Source: Promethearchaeota archaeon (GTDB lineage Archaea; Asgardarchaeota; Lokiarchaeia; Sigyniarchaeales; SOKP01). From it: a stretch of 64,000 nt of DNA. Position numbers and translations under genes: made by a program. The number at the start of each line of letters is the position of its first letter. Positions within the stretch are counted from its first letter, which is position 1. The notes beneath the pieces were generated by a model. It made no database searches. It saw nothing but the letters and a program-made list of their open reading frames with translations, and was not told where the DNA came from. The DNA lies in contig JAEOTP010000069.1 of NCBI GenBank assembly GCA_016839765.1, positions 1 through 64,000 of the forward strand. Reading direction: 5' to 3'. This document shows positions 36,962 to 46,987 of the stretch, one piece after another.

Positions 36962-38266
36962 CTAAGCATCTTCTAATTCAATCACATTACTTAATTTGTC
37001 TTTTATTTCTGCTTTCAATTCTTCAGATAATTTACAATCTGTAATTTTCCAAAATCTAAATTCGTGATTGAGATATGCAGGACATTCTACTCTTATATTT
37101 TTAGGACACTCTGCGAATTGCCAACATTGAAATATTTTTTCTTCATAAAATTTATGAAACTTTTTAGGTAATTTCTTATAATCAAAATTCGTCTCTTTAA
37201 CAAATTTATCCAGATCGTTTGAATTATACGTATTCCAGAATAATACTTTTTTAGATTTGTTTTCTTCCTTCTCAAGATAGTTAAACATAGCCGCCATCGA
37301 TTTTCCCGTATATGTGGTCTCTAATTTAAAATTCTTGCGATGCCCCTCTAATTCCATTACTTTATCAATGGCAGCTTGACCTCTAATAGTTTTTATTCCA
37401 TAGCCAGACCCAAGATATCCAGATACAAATTCAAAATCGTCTTCTGAAACTTTAATATCTGGGATTGATTTATCATTTTTTCGTAGATAATTGATAGCTT
37501 TATTAGCATTTTTCATTACAGCTGAAGGATTAGAAGTTAAAGATATATATACTGCTACAGCATGTACTTTTGTCTTCAATCCCATTAATTTGCATCCTGC
37601 TATAAGACCAGCTGAAGTTCCAGTAGATCCTCCTGGAATAAAAATTACATCTGGTTCTGGAATTATTTTCTGATCAATTTGTTTTTTTAATTCAATAATA
37701 GCATTTACAAATCCAATTGTTCCAAGAGGAGATCCTATTCCAAATAGAGGTGAGCCTCCAGGGAACATTAAGAAATATTTTGGATGAAATAATTTGAAAA
37801 ATAAGAATTTTGCAAAGGTGCTAATATCTCCTTTACCAAGATGGAGTTTAGCTCCAAAATGGTTAAATAATAATAATGAACGTTGGACATGCCAAGTTAA
37901 AGGTTGATGGAAAAGATAAAGGGTACATTTTAAAGGTGGGTTTAATTGATGACACACTATAGCACACGCTAATCCATGATTTGTTCCAATACCTCCATTT
38001 GTCACAACGCCTTTTTTCTTTTTTTGTAAAACTTTCCCAAAAATAAATTCAAACTTTCTTAATTTATTTCCTCCATAAGTATGATGATTTTTATCATCAC
38101 GTTTGATATATATCTCTCCACCTTTTAAATCGAATTCTTTTTCTAATTCGGTAAGCCTGTCTATTTTGGTTGGTAACTGCGTTAAAATAGGAATCCAAGG
38201 AACTTTTCCTTTTAAATTCGGGTATAGTTCAAATAAATAAGGTTTCTCTAGTGTCATAATCATCAT
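36962..38266 (-). CDS. PLP-dependent ACC deaminase/D-cysteine desulfhydrase family protein
   Basis: KRDD, GGNKLRK, GGSTGT, LETTYTGK; Cys-rich C-terminal extension. Confidence 0.88.
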   Translation of the reverse strand: MMIMTLEKPYLFELYPNLKGKVPWIPILTQLPTKIDRLTELEKEFDLKGGEIYIKRDDKNHHTYGGNKLRKFEFIFGKVLQKKKKGVVTNGGIGTNHGLACAIVCHQLNPPLKCTLYLFHQPLTWHVQRSLLLFNHFGAKLHLGKGDISTFAKFLFFKLFHPKYFLMFPGGSPLFGIGSPLGTIGFVNAIIELKKQIDQKIIPEPDVIFIPGGSTGTSAGLIAGCKLMGLKTKVHAVAVYISLTSNPSAVMKNANKAINYLRKNDKSIPDIKVSEDDFEFVSGYLGSGYGIKTIRGQAAIDKVMELEGHRKNFKLETTYTGKSMAAMFNYLEKEENKSKKVLFWNTYNSNDLDKFVKETNFDYKKLPKKFHKFYEEKIFQCWQFAECPKNIRVECPAYLNHEFRFWKITDCKLSEELKAEIKDKLSNVIELEDA

Positions 38267-38298
38267 AATAAAATGTTTGAAATAAAAGCTTAGTAAGA

Positions 38299-39204
38299 TT
38301 ATTGTCTTAGAATAAATCCATCATCTTTCTGCGAAATGAGTTTTTGTATCAAAAATTTGTCAAAATGTTTTTGAATCATTATTAATTCGGCTATAATTTC
38401 ATATTCCTTAAACATACTATAATATTTATATATAAAGTTTTTACCCTTGAAATCATTTACCTTTATGGGTTTAATCTCTGAAAACTGAGATAAAATCCGA
38501 TCATCACGTTTATAGATTATTAATTTATACTTCTTTAATTCTTCATTTATCGTCTTTTTACCTTCAATAATTCCTCTATGTCCTGTAGCAACAATATCTA
38601 TATTTATTTGTTCAAGTTTTTCAATAGATTTTTCGAAATCAAGTAAATCTGAATCAATTCCAGCATAAAATACAAAATTAGTCAAATCTATATCCGCTAA
38701 AAAAGCCATCTTTGAATTCAATTCATAAAAGGAGCAATGTCCTGCCGTATGCCCTGGAGTATGAACAATTTTTAACGTTAGATGATCTCCTATCTTAATT
38801 ATGTCATTATCTTCATAAGTTTTTTCAATTTTAGTATTTTTTAATTTAAGGCTTTCTTCTAAACCAGCAAACATCTCAGCAGCAGAAGTATTCGAAATGC
38901 CATAATAATCATTGAATTTATCAACATTTTCAATCAAATATTTATCATTAAAATGAATTAAAAAGTTTGCATTGGGGAATATTCTATTTCCAGAAGTATG
39001 ATCTTCATGCCAATGTGATAATAGTACATTATTTATCTGGAACTTTCTTTTTAATTTTATTAATAATCTAGTTGAGATACCTGTATCAATAATATAATCT
39101 TCAATAAGTAGAGAATGTGAATAAGGATATTTGCCATTTCTTGCTCCTTCAATGAAATAAATTTCTGGAAACTCATCTGAAATTGAGTGAATAAAATCGT
39201 CCAT
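38299..39204 (-). CDS. metallo-beta-lactamase fold hydrolase
   Basis: SHWHEDH, TPGHTAGH, TGH. Confidence 0.9.
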   Translation of the reverse strand: MDDFIHSISDEFPEIYFIEGARNGKYPYSHSLLIEDYIIDTGISTRLLIKLKRKFQINNVLLSHWHEDHTSGNRIFPNANFLIHFNDKYLIENVDKFNDYYGISNTSAAEMFAGLEESLKLKNTKIEKTYEDNDIIKIGDHLTLKIVHTPGHTAGHCSFYELNSKMAFLADIDLTNFVFYAGIDSDLLDFEKSIEKLEQINIDIVATGHRGIIEGKKTINEELKKYKLIIYKRDDRILSQFSEIKPIKVNDFKGKNFIYKYYSMFKEYEIIAELIMIQKHFDKFLIQKLISQKDDGFILRQ

Positions 39205-39374
39205 CTTTATTTTAGTTTAAGATAATTTTATAAAGAAAAACATAGTAAAAATCTTAAATATTACCTAGCGTTTGTATAATCTTTTGTACAAATCTGAAAA
39301 AAATATTGCTCTTTTTATTCTTTTTTTAATAAATTATTGTTGGATTTATTATAATTAATTTTCTCAAATCAAAA

Positions 39375-39530
39375 ATGTATTATAATTGCCCAAACTGTTC
39401 CAGTATGAAAAAGCCCAAAATTATTAAATATTTTCCACCAATTATCGTAAAGTGTTTGGATTGTGAGTATGAAAATTCAGAGCAGAAATTCGTACAAAGA
39501 GACAAAACCCACCAGGTGGTTATGCATTAA
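39375..39530 (+). CDS. small zinc-ribbon protein (51 aa)
   Basis: MYYNCPNC...VKCLDCEY; below ORF-track cutoff. Confidence 0.6.
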   Translation: MYYNCPNCSSMKKPKIIKYFPPIIVKCLDCEYENSEQKFVQRDKTHQVVMH

Positions 39531-39613
39531 ATAAAAAGGGTTTTTTGTAATTATTTATTTTTTTCTAATATTTTAAAAAGCAGGTTTTAATATAAAACTC
39601 CAGACACATGCAT

Positions 39614-40084
39614 TTACTTTTTATCACTTATAAAGAACATCTTTCTTTTCGAGTGCACTTTTTTAAAATGATCTTTATATTTTTCAATTTCATCCTGAAT
39701 TTCTTCTAATTCTTTATTTTCCAACATTTTATTAAAAATATTTAGTGTTGACAAGTATAATTTAGGCACAAATGTATCAATTTGAGAAAGCTGATAAGCT
39801 AAATCTAATATTGATGAGTAACCTATTTTTAAATTAATTTCTCTATTTTTAATTTTCTGTAGAATCTCCTTTTCGAGTTTTCTTCTCGAAATATTACTCC
39901 AAATTAATTCATACACAAAATAATTTACAGCTTGCACAGCTTCTGTTAAAAGAGCCGTACCTGTAGCAATTGCTATACTACGTGTTAAAGCATATGCAGT
40001 TACAGTTCCTAAAACTAAAGTAATTCCCCTATAAATCAAACTTTTAATTAAAGTAGTTTTCCATTCAATATTTTGAGTTTCCAT
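39614..40084 (-). CDS. DUF2061-like membrane protein with C-terminal extension
   Basis: KSLIYR...YFVYELIW. Confidence 0.7.
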   Translation of the reverse strand: METQNIEWKTTLIKSLIYRGITLVLGTVTAYALTRSIAIATGTALLTEAVQAVNYFVYELIWSNISRRKLEKEILQKIKNREINLKIGYSSILDLAYQLSQIDTFVPKLYLSTLNIFNKMLENKELEEIQDEIEKYKDHFKKVHSKRKMFFISDKK

Positions 40085-40224
40085 AGAGCTCTACCATTTA
40101 AAAGCAAATATTAACTATAGAATCAATATTCCTTTTGATATTTAAATATATATAAAAAACGTCTTATTTTAAATACTTTAATGACTTTTTGTGATATTGC
40201 ACTCCTCAACTTATTCATTTTTCA

Positions 40225-40407
40225 TTACTTCAACGCATAATAGCAACGTTTAGGAGAATAAACCTTCTCTTCTTCTCTTAATTCCTTTATAATTTTTGAT
40301 ACTTCTTTAGATTCTATTCCTAATTCTTTTGCAATATCCCCAGGTCTTAATGGTTTATCAAGGGTTCTGAAAACTTCTATTACCTTATAATAAATAAAAT
40401 AAATCAC
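40225..40407 (-). CDS. small winged-helix protein (5' end uncertain, possibly truncated)
   Basis: KPLRPGDIAKELGIESKEVSKIIKEL...SPKRCYY. Confidence 0.65.
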   Translation of the reverse strand: MIYFIYYKVIEVFRTLDKPLRPGDIAKELGIESKEVSKIIKELREEEKVYSPKRCYYALK

Positions 40408-40458
40408 AAATGCAAAACTGAAGCAAAGGTATTAAACATATATTTCTATTAATTATAA

Positions 40459-40542
40459 ATAGAAGTCGCAATTGAAATGGGAGGAGGTCTCGCAATTCTA
40501 TTAAGTAGGCTTGCTCTTAAAGTTCTTAAATATTACTCTTAA
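40459..40542 (+). pseudogene. C-terminal remnant of a carboxymuconolactone decarboxylase/AhpD-like gene
   Basis: IEVAIEMGGGLAILLSRLALKVLKYYS*, preceded by an in-frame stop. Confidence 0.5.
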
Positions 40543-40581
40543 TGAATTTAACACAACATATCTATAAATAGAGATACCCCA

Positions 40582-42057
40582 TTAATAGCTCTTAGCGATA
40601 TAAACAGTACAGGATGCCGGTTTACCACAAATTAAACATGTTGCAAATTCGTGCTTTTCCTCATCGACTCTTTTACCTCTAACAAACCCCCCTATTTCTT
40701 TTTCAACCAGTTCCGCACACTGATAAGCATCCATATCGATTGAACAAAATCCACAACACACGATTTTTCCGTTATTAATCGCTTCTATGGCTGCATCTTT
40801 TTCATATACACATTCAACTTGAGACTCAAAATCAATAAGTGACTTCTCTTTTATTTCTTTCGTATAATTTGCAGCGATTTTATCAATCTTAGATTCTAAT
40901 TCTGCCTCTTTAATGGTAGATTTTTTATCATCATGTCGTTTAATGAGGATGATTTCTCCTTTTTCAATATCTTTAGGTCCAATTTCAATTCTGATAGGAA
41001 CACCCTTCAATTCCCAAAAATAGAACTTATTACCAACAGATTCATCAGAATCATCAATTTTCACTTTGAATTTATCTTTTAGGTGATTATATATTTCCTT
41101 AGCTTTCTTAATTACGATTTCTTCTTTACCTTTATAGATAATTGGAATAATAATTATTTGAATTGGTGCTAAATCAAAAGGCAAAATTAAACCTCTATCA
41201 TCTCCGAGATAAGCAATCATTGCCCCATATATTCTACTTATCGCTGGACCATAACATGTTTGATATCCATATTTTTCTTCACCATCTCTATCAATAAACT
41301 TTACATTAAAAGGTTTAGAGAAATTTTGACCAAGCAAATGAGTTGATGGCAATTGTAATACCTTTCCTGAACCCATTAAAGCATCTGCCGCATAAGTAGA
41401 AATAGCCCCGGGGAATTTATCCCATTGTGGTCTTTCGAAAAAAATTATAGGGATTCCAAACTCATCTTGTAGCATTTGATATGTTACTTCCATGTCTTCT
41501 TTTACTTGTATTAGGGCTCCTTCCATTGTTGAAAATACGTCATGACCTTCTATCCAATGAAATTCTCGTGCTCTAAAGAATGGTCTCGTCATTTTTCCTT
41601 CATAGCGCCATATTTGACATGAAAGATATCGTTTAAAAGGTAAATCCTTATAACTTCTAATCCATAATGAATACATTTTATATAAGGCAGTCTCACTTGT
41701 CGGCCGTAAGGCTAATCGCTCAGATAATTTACCTGAACTACCTGCTTCAGTGACCCAAAATACTTCTGGGGCGAACCCTTCTACATGCTCAGCTTCTAAT
41801 AAAAAGTTACTCTCCGGGATTAGTGAGGGCATAGTCAATGGAAGGTGTCCGTTTTTTTCCATTAACTCTTCATATTTAGCATACATTATTTTTATTGTTA
41901 TGGTAGCCCATTCTCTATAAACAACAAAACCCTTGATATTATATCGAATATCAGCTAACTCCGCCTTGTTGATTAATTCAGTATACCAAGCAGAAAAATC
42001 CTCTTCCTTAGAAACAGTAATTCCCGTTAAAGGAATCTCTTTTTTCTTTTTTGCCAT
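40582..42057 (-). CDS. proS: proline--tRNA ligase (archaeal/eukaryotic type)
   Basis: HVEGFAPE, LRPTSET, REFHWIEGH, GQNFSK, C-terminal AKSY. Confidence 0.97.
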   Translation of the reverse strand: MAKKKKEIPLTGITVSKEEDFSAWYTELINKAELADIRYNIKGFVVYREWATITIKIMYAKYEELMEKNGHLPLTMPSLIPESNFLLEAEHVEGFAPEVFWVTEAGSSGKLSERLALRPTSETALYKMYSLWIRSYKDLPFKRYLSCQIWRYEGKMTRPFFRAREFHWIEGHDVFSTMEGALIQVKEDMEVTYQMLQDEFGIPIIFFERPQWDKFPGAISTYAADALMGSGKVLQLPSTHLLGQNFSKPFNVKFIDRDGEEKYGYQTCYGPAISRIYGAMIAYLGDDRGLILPFDLAPIQIIIIPIIYKGKEEIVIKKAKEIYNHLKDKFKVKIDDSDESVGNKFYFWELKGVPIRIEIGPKDIEKGEIILIKRHDDKKSTIKEAELESKIDKIAANYTKEIKEKSLIDFESQVECVYEKDAAIEAINNGKIVCCGFCSIDMDAYQCAELVEKEIGGFVRGKRVDEEKHEFATCLICGKPASCTVYIAKSY

Positions 42058-42156
42058 AGTCTATTTTAAAAATACTTGAAATGTTAAATATTTTATGAGT
42101 AAAAACTAAAAATCTAAAATATGGTACTAGATTAGAAGGAGTCTTTTTAAGTTTAA

Positions 42157-42897
42157 TTAACCATTATCCAACAAAAGTTTTGCATCTGTTAGAATAAACC
42201 CAGAATGTATAAGGACCGTAAATTTTTTTGACTCCAAAAAATTTTTAATTTCTCTTCCTACCCTTTCAGCTTTTGCCTCATCTATTCCATGAGAATATTC
42301 GATAACTGATTTTACTGTCTTTAATAAATATTTATCACTTTCACGTGGAGTAGTGATGGAGATCGATTTTGCCCCAGCAATTTGACCAATTTTTTTTAGC
42401 TCTTGTTCTAAAGGACCAATTGCAAAAAATTCTCGATTTTTCCTTTCAATTTTTTCTGCCAATATCTTTTCTAAATTGTCTCTTGTCTGCTTATCATAAA
42501 AAGCTGTTAATTCTTGAGAGCAAATTTGCTTGTATTTTCCTGAAATTAATTTATCCTTTTCTTGTATAAACTTTATTAGGTTACCATAATACTTTTCATC
42601 GAGCTTCTGGAAGGTTTCTACATTCTTTACAAAATCAGTTAAATAATCAAGTAAGTCAAAATAGAATTTCAATTCAGACTTAATTTGTAATTTATCATTA
42701 ATCTCTTTTATTTCAGGATAATATTTCTTCAATATTTCATTAATCTGCTTGTTACACGCGGCGCATAATTTAGCGATCATATCTACACTGCTAATTGACC
42801 TCTTACGTACCTGTTCTAATACATCGTTATCTAATTTTGATAAATTCTCAAATATTTCAGTAATTTTCGCTCTATATTTTTTTTCAATATAAGACAT
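42157..42897 (-). CDS. hypothetical helical protein
   Basis: 246-aa ORF co-oriented with proS. Confidence 0.65.
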   Translation of the reverse strand: MSYIEKKYRAKITEIFENLSKLDNDVLEQVRKRSISSVDMIAKLCAACNKQINEILKKYYPEIKEINDKLQIKSELKFYFDLLDYLTDFVKNVETFQKLDEKYYGNLIKFIQEKDKLISGKYKQICSQELTAFYDKQTRDNLEKILAEKIERKNREFFAIGPLEQELKKIGQIAGAKSISITTPRESDKYLLKTVKSVIEYSHGIDEAKAERVGREIKNFLESKKFTVLIHSGFILTDAKLLLDNG

Positions 42898-43037
42898 TCC
42901 TAAGAAGAAAATAGAGTAGACATTTAAAACATTATATATTTGAAAAAAGTTATTAAATCTTCAAGGAAAATAAAGGTATTTGGATATAACTCTTCCAGAA
43001 AATTAATATTTCCCACTAACTAACTTTTTTCTCCTTT

Positions 43038-44243
43038 CTATAAACCAAAAAAAGTACCCACAGTCATAACTGTACCACTTATGAGAGAAACGGTAAAATT
43101 ATCATTTAAATTGAAAGAAAATAGTTCAACTAAAGGTGCTGTAATACCACCAATTACCAAGATTGGCAATGGAATATTTAAAGTAGTATATAGGACGAAC
43201 CCAACAATCAATACACAGCCACAATACGCTAATGTTCCCTCAAGCGTCTTATTAAAAATCTTGTGTCTTCCAAAGGCAAGACCGAAAAGTTTTGAAAAGA
43301 TATCACCAAAAATCAAGAAGGTTAGAGAGATTATTGCAATATCTTTTTTAAAAAGAAGTATAGCTATAAATGCAGCAACTAAAAATAAGGTCATAGATGA
43401 AAATTTTTTTTCCTCATGCTTTCTAAACAATGCTTTCACTTTGGTTGTTAATACCACATTTGTTTGATGATGGATAAATCTTATGATGTCAAGAAAGATA
43501 AAACATAAACCTACTATTCCTATTATAATAAGAGCTAATGTTTGTGTATAAAAAACGTAAAATAAAATAAATAATACGGCAAAAGGACGTGTTGCAGTTC
43601 GCCACCAATGAGCTTTAAAATTTTCATCTTGAATGGTCATTTTCTTCTTAATTATTACGTTATAAAGTTGTATAGAAACAATATATGTAAGGATTATGGT
43701 TAAGTAGATAGTGTATTGGACTTCAGGGTAATAAACAAAAAGAGTATAGGCAAGTACAGGAATAACAGTAATTCCTACAAGTTCTCCAGTTTTGGTTACA
43801 TATCCAAAAATAGCAACAATTATAAAGAGAAATAACAAGATAAAGAAAATTTCTAGGCCAAATGAAAAATAGCACACAAGATAATATAATAAAATGCCTG
43901 TGGAGGTGGCTACTCCTTGCCCTCCTCTGAACCTTAGATAAAATGGAAGTATGTGTCCGAGGATTGCAGCAAGTCCACTGATCTGTATGAAGATGTATTC
44001 CGCTCCAATCACTGCCGCGAGGAATATAGATAATAATCCTTTAATTGTATCATAAATAGCTGTTGGGATCGCGTATGAAAGACCCAATGTTTTATATACA
44101 TTTGAAGTACCAGCATTACGAGTTCCTACCTCTCTTATATCAATATTTTTCAATCTACCGAATATATATGCCGGATTAATTGTACCTATAAAATACCCTA
44201 TACATATACTTAAAATATTTACTAACAAAATAACACCATTCAC
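43038..44243 (-). CDS. PlsY-like glycerol-3-phosphate acyltransferase fused to a CTP-dependent lipid-kinase-like domain (copy 1)
   Basis: DIREVGTRNAGTSN, GHILPFYLRFRGGQGVA; C-terminal GDIFSKLFG..KTLEG..NDN. Confidence 0.82.
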   Translation of the reverse strand: MNGVILLVNILSICIGYFIGTINPAYIFGRLKNIDIREVGTRNAGTSNVYKTLGLSYAIPTAIYDTIKGLLSIFLAAVIGAEYIFIQISGLAAILGHILPFYLRFRGGQGVATSTGILLYYLVCYFSFGLEIFFILLFLFIIVAIFGYVTKTGELVGITVIPVLAYTLFVYYPEVQYTIYLTIILTYIVSIQLYNVIIKKKMTIQDENFKAHWWRTATRPFAVLFILFYVFYTQTLALIIIGIVGLCFIFLDIIRFIHHQTNVVLTTKVKALFRKHEEKKFSSMTLFLVAAFIAILLFKKDIAIISLTFLIFGDIFSKLFGLAFGRHKIFNKTLEGTLAYCGCVLIVGFVLYTTLNIPLPILVIGGITAPLVELFSFNLNDNFTVSLISGTVMTVGTFFGL

Positions 44244-44392
44244 AGAAACACCGATTTGTGATAAGAATCTATTATTTATAAATATATTTAGGTTTACTTA
44301 CTTGTTGAGGAAGTAAATATTTTATTTCAATATTCCATATCGTTTTGAATTTCTAAATAATATTAATAGATTTTTCATCGATTTTAGTTAAA

Positions 44393-45601
44393 TTAAAAAC
44401 CGAAAAGGGTAATTACTGTCATAATGGTACCGCTTAATATGGGCACAGTGAAATTATCATCAACGCCTATAGGTAAAAATTCCGTAATTGTAGCAGTAAT
44501 TCCTCCCCATAAAAGCAAAATTAAAGGATAATTGAAGGAGGCAAACATTATATAAGCACAGATTAATACGCATCCAAAAAAAGAAAGCGATCCCTCTACA
44601 GTTTTATGGAAAAGCTTATGTTTTCCAAAAGCAAGTCCAAACACCTTACCAAACATGTCACAGAACGTTAAATAAATTATAGCAATAATAGCAATAGGCA
44701 TTTCAAATAAAAGAACGGTAACGAAAAACCCTATTAGAAATATTGTCATTGTAGAGAATTTCTTTTTCTCCTCTTTCCTAAAAATCTTTTTTATTCTCTC
44801 TGTGAAGAGTACATTTGCTTGTCGATGAAGGAATCTTACGAGATCTAAAGCGATAAAACATAATCCTACAATCCCGATAACAATAAGAGCCATTTCTTTT
44901 GAATAGCATATATAAAAAACAAGAAATAGCAAGGCAACTGGCCGTATTATGACCCGCCACCAATGGGATTTGAAAGTTTCATCTTCTATTCTCAGTTTTT
45001 TATCCTTTATAATATGATAAATGCAAAATGAAAAAATATAAGCAAGAATTATCCAAAAAAACAGATTATATTCAACATCTGGATAAAATACAAAGACAGT
45101 ATACCCAACAAGGGGGAGAATTATTGCTCCTAATATCTTTCCCGTTCTAGACACATATACAAAAATCGCAATAATTAATGCCATATAGAAAAAAAAGAAA
45201 AACATTTCAAGACCAACTAGTAGATAATTTACCATATACATAATTAAAATTCCAGTTGCACAAGCTAGCCCTCGTCCACCTTTAAAACGAATATAAAATG
45301 GAAATATATGCCCAGCAATTGCTGCCAATCCACTCAAATGAGCAAAAAAATAATCTGCTCCTAAGAAAAAAGCTAAAAAAATTACCCCAACACCTTTTAA
45401 TGTATCAAAAATTGCAGTTGGAATCGCGTAGGCTTTTCCTAAAGTACGAAAAGTATTCATCGTCCCAGCAATCCCTGTGCCTTGCTCTCTAATATCAATC
45501 TTTTTAATTGTTCTAACTAAAATATAGGCAGGTAGAATTGAACCAATTAAATACCCAATAACTGGGCTCAGTGTATTAATAAATATCGTATAAGGATCCA
45601 T
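44393..45601 (-). CDS. PlsY-like glycerol-3-phosphate acyltransferase fused to a CTP-dependent lipid-kinase-like domain (copy 2)
   Basis: DIREQGTGIAGTMN, GHIFPFYIRFKGGRGLA; C-terminal CDMFGKVFG..KTVEGS..DDN. Confidence 0.82.
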   Translation of the reverse strand: MDPYTIFINTLSPVIGYLIGSILPAYILVRTIKKIDIREQGTGIAGTMNTFRTLGKAYAIPTAIFDTLKGVGVIFLAFFLGADYFFAHLSGLAAIAGHIFPFYIRFKGGRGLACATGILIMYMVNYLLVGLEMFFFFFYMALIIAIFVYVSRTGKILGAIILPLVGYTVFVFYPDVEYNLFFWIILAYIFSFCIYHIIKDKKLRIEDETFKSHWWRVIIRPVALLFLVFYICYSKEMALIVIGIVGLCFIALDLVRFLHRQANVLFTERIKKIFRKEEKKKFSTMTIFLIGFFVTVLLFEMPIAIIAIIYLTFCDMFGKVFGLAFGKHKLFHKTVEGSLSFFGCVLICAYIMFASFNYPLILLLWGGITATITEFLPIGVDDNFTVPILSGTIMTVITLFGF

Positions 45602-45804
45602 AAAAAAATCTTTTTTTTAGAGTATTTTATTATAAGAAATATTTTGTCATCTTTGTTAATAAGTTTTCAGAAATACGATCTCTTAAGAATCCTAAAATAA
45701 CTATGAATAGCCAAACTACATTAGAATTAAAAAATATTAAAAAAAAAGAAAAATAAAAAAATCAATCAATTCAAATTTAATTAATCTTGAAATAGATTAA
45801 CCAA

Positions 45805-46737
45805 TTAGCCTAATTTGCTTTTTATTTGCTTAGATCTGCTTCTTAATGTGACTTCGGTGACTTTAGCAATTTCTGAGACTTCTGCTTGAGTTTTACGACA
45901 ATTGCTTGACTTAGCAGCCATATAAATAACACTCGCTGCTAACCCTTTTGGATCTTTTCCCGTGCGAAGTAAGCCATTTTTGGACGCTTGGGCAAGCATG
46001 TTGATTGCCTTCTTTTGCACCTCCATAGGTAAACCCAAATCGTTACCGAACCGAAATACTAGCTGTTCAGCGGTGATCGGTTTATATCTAAGCGAAAGTT
46101 CCGGGAGAACCTCTTTAACAATCATCCCTAAGCTTCTATGGACAGTTCGCCTTGGAGTCATTGAAGAATCGCATACTTCCTCTAAGAGTCTAGGAAATTC
46201 ATGTACTCGGATCGCAGCGTATAACGCAGCGGCAATAAAACCATCAATTGATCGACCCATCGTTAACTTCTTCTTAGCAACAACTGAATAAATCTTCCAC
46301 GCAGTTTCTTTAATATACTCCGGGATATTCATCTTAGAAGTAAGCATCTTCAATTTTGGCTTTGCTTCCCAGAAATTTCTTTCAATACTGGAGATTAATG
46401 AATTCTGAATTTTAGAAAGTCTTGAGAATAATGTTTTACCCTTTGCATTGATGAGTCTACCCTTACTATCGATTTTGGTGTTTGGTAACATAGTTCTGGG
46501 CCCAAATTCCCTCCACCGCGGTTCAGTCCTTCTCCTCTTGTTCACCTCTTCTACAGTATATGCCCGTCTCTCATTTCCAACCAAATTGCGACTCTGAATC
46601 ATTCCGCAACTTAAACAAACGATATCTCCATCTTTGGACTCAATACACGGATTATCACAGCATTGCTCACTGCTACTTTTCTCATTTGAACTATCAGTTC
46701 TTTCCGAATAGTGCCGAAGTCTATCTTTGTAGCTCAT
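45805..46737 (-). CDS. tfb: transcription initiation factor IIB (TFB)
   Basis: Zn ribbon VCLSCG, two cyclin repeats, GKDPKGLAA, TEVTLR. Confidence 0.93.
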   Translation of the reverse strand: MSYKDRLRHYSERTDSSNEKSSSEQCCDNPCIESKDGDIVCLSCGMIQSRNLVGNERRAYTVEEVNKRRRTEPRWREFGPRTMLPNTKIDSKGRLINAKGKTLFSRLSKIQNSLISSIERNFWEAKPKLKMLTSKMNIPEYIKETAWKIYSVVAKKKLTMGRSIDGFIAAALYAAIRVHEFPRLLEEVCDSSMTPRRTVHRSLGMIVKEVLPELSLRYKPITAEQLVFRFGNDLGLPMEVQKKAINMLAQASKNGLLRTGKDPKGLAASVIYMAAKSSNCRKTQAEVSEIAKVTEVTLRSRSKQIKSKLG

Positions 46738-46987
46738 ATTTTTTCACATTTATGTATTAATTCTAAATATATATCCATATTACGGATACTAAAACTTAAT
46801 TGTTTTAAATTATAAATTATAATATTCCCCAATGAAATCTTACAATTTAAACCTATCCAATAAATTATTAAGATAGTCACATATTTAAAGATATTTCTGT
46901 AAAAATTATTTTGTTGTGGGGCAACAAGCCCATCTAACCCGTGATTAAAACAAGAATAATTATAAAATATAAGTGACATCTCGATCA

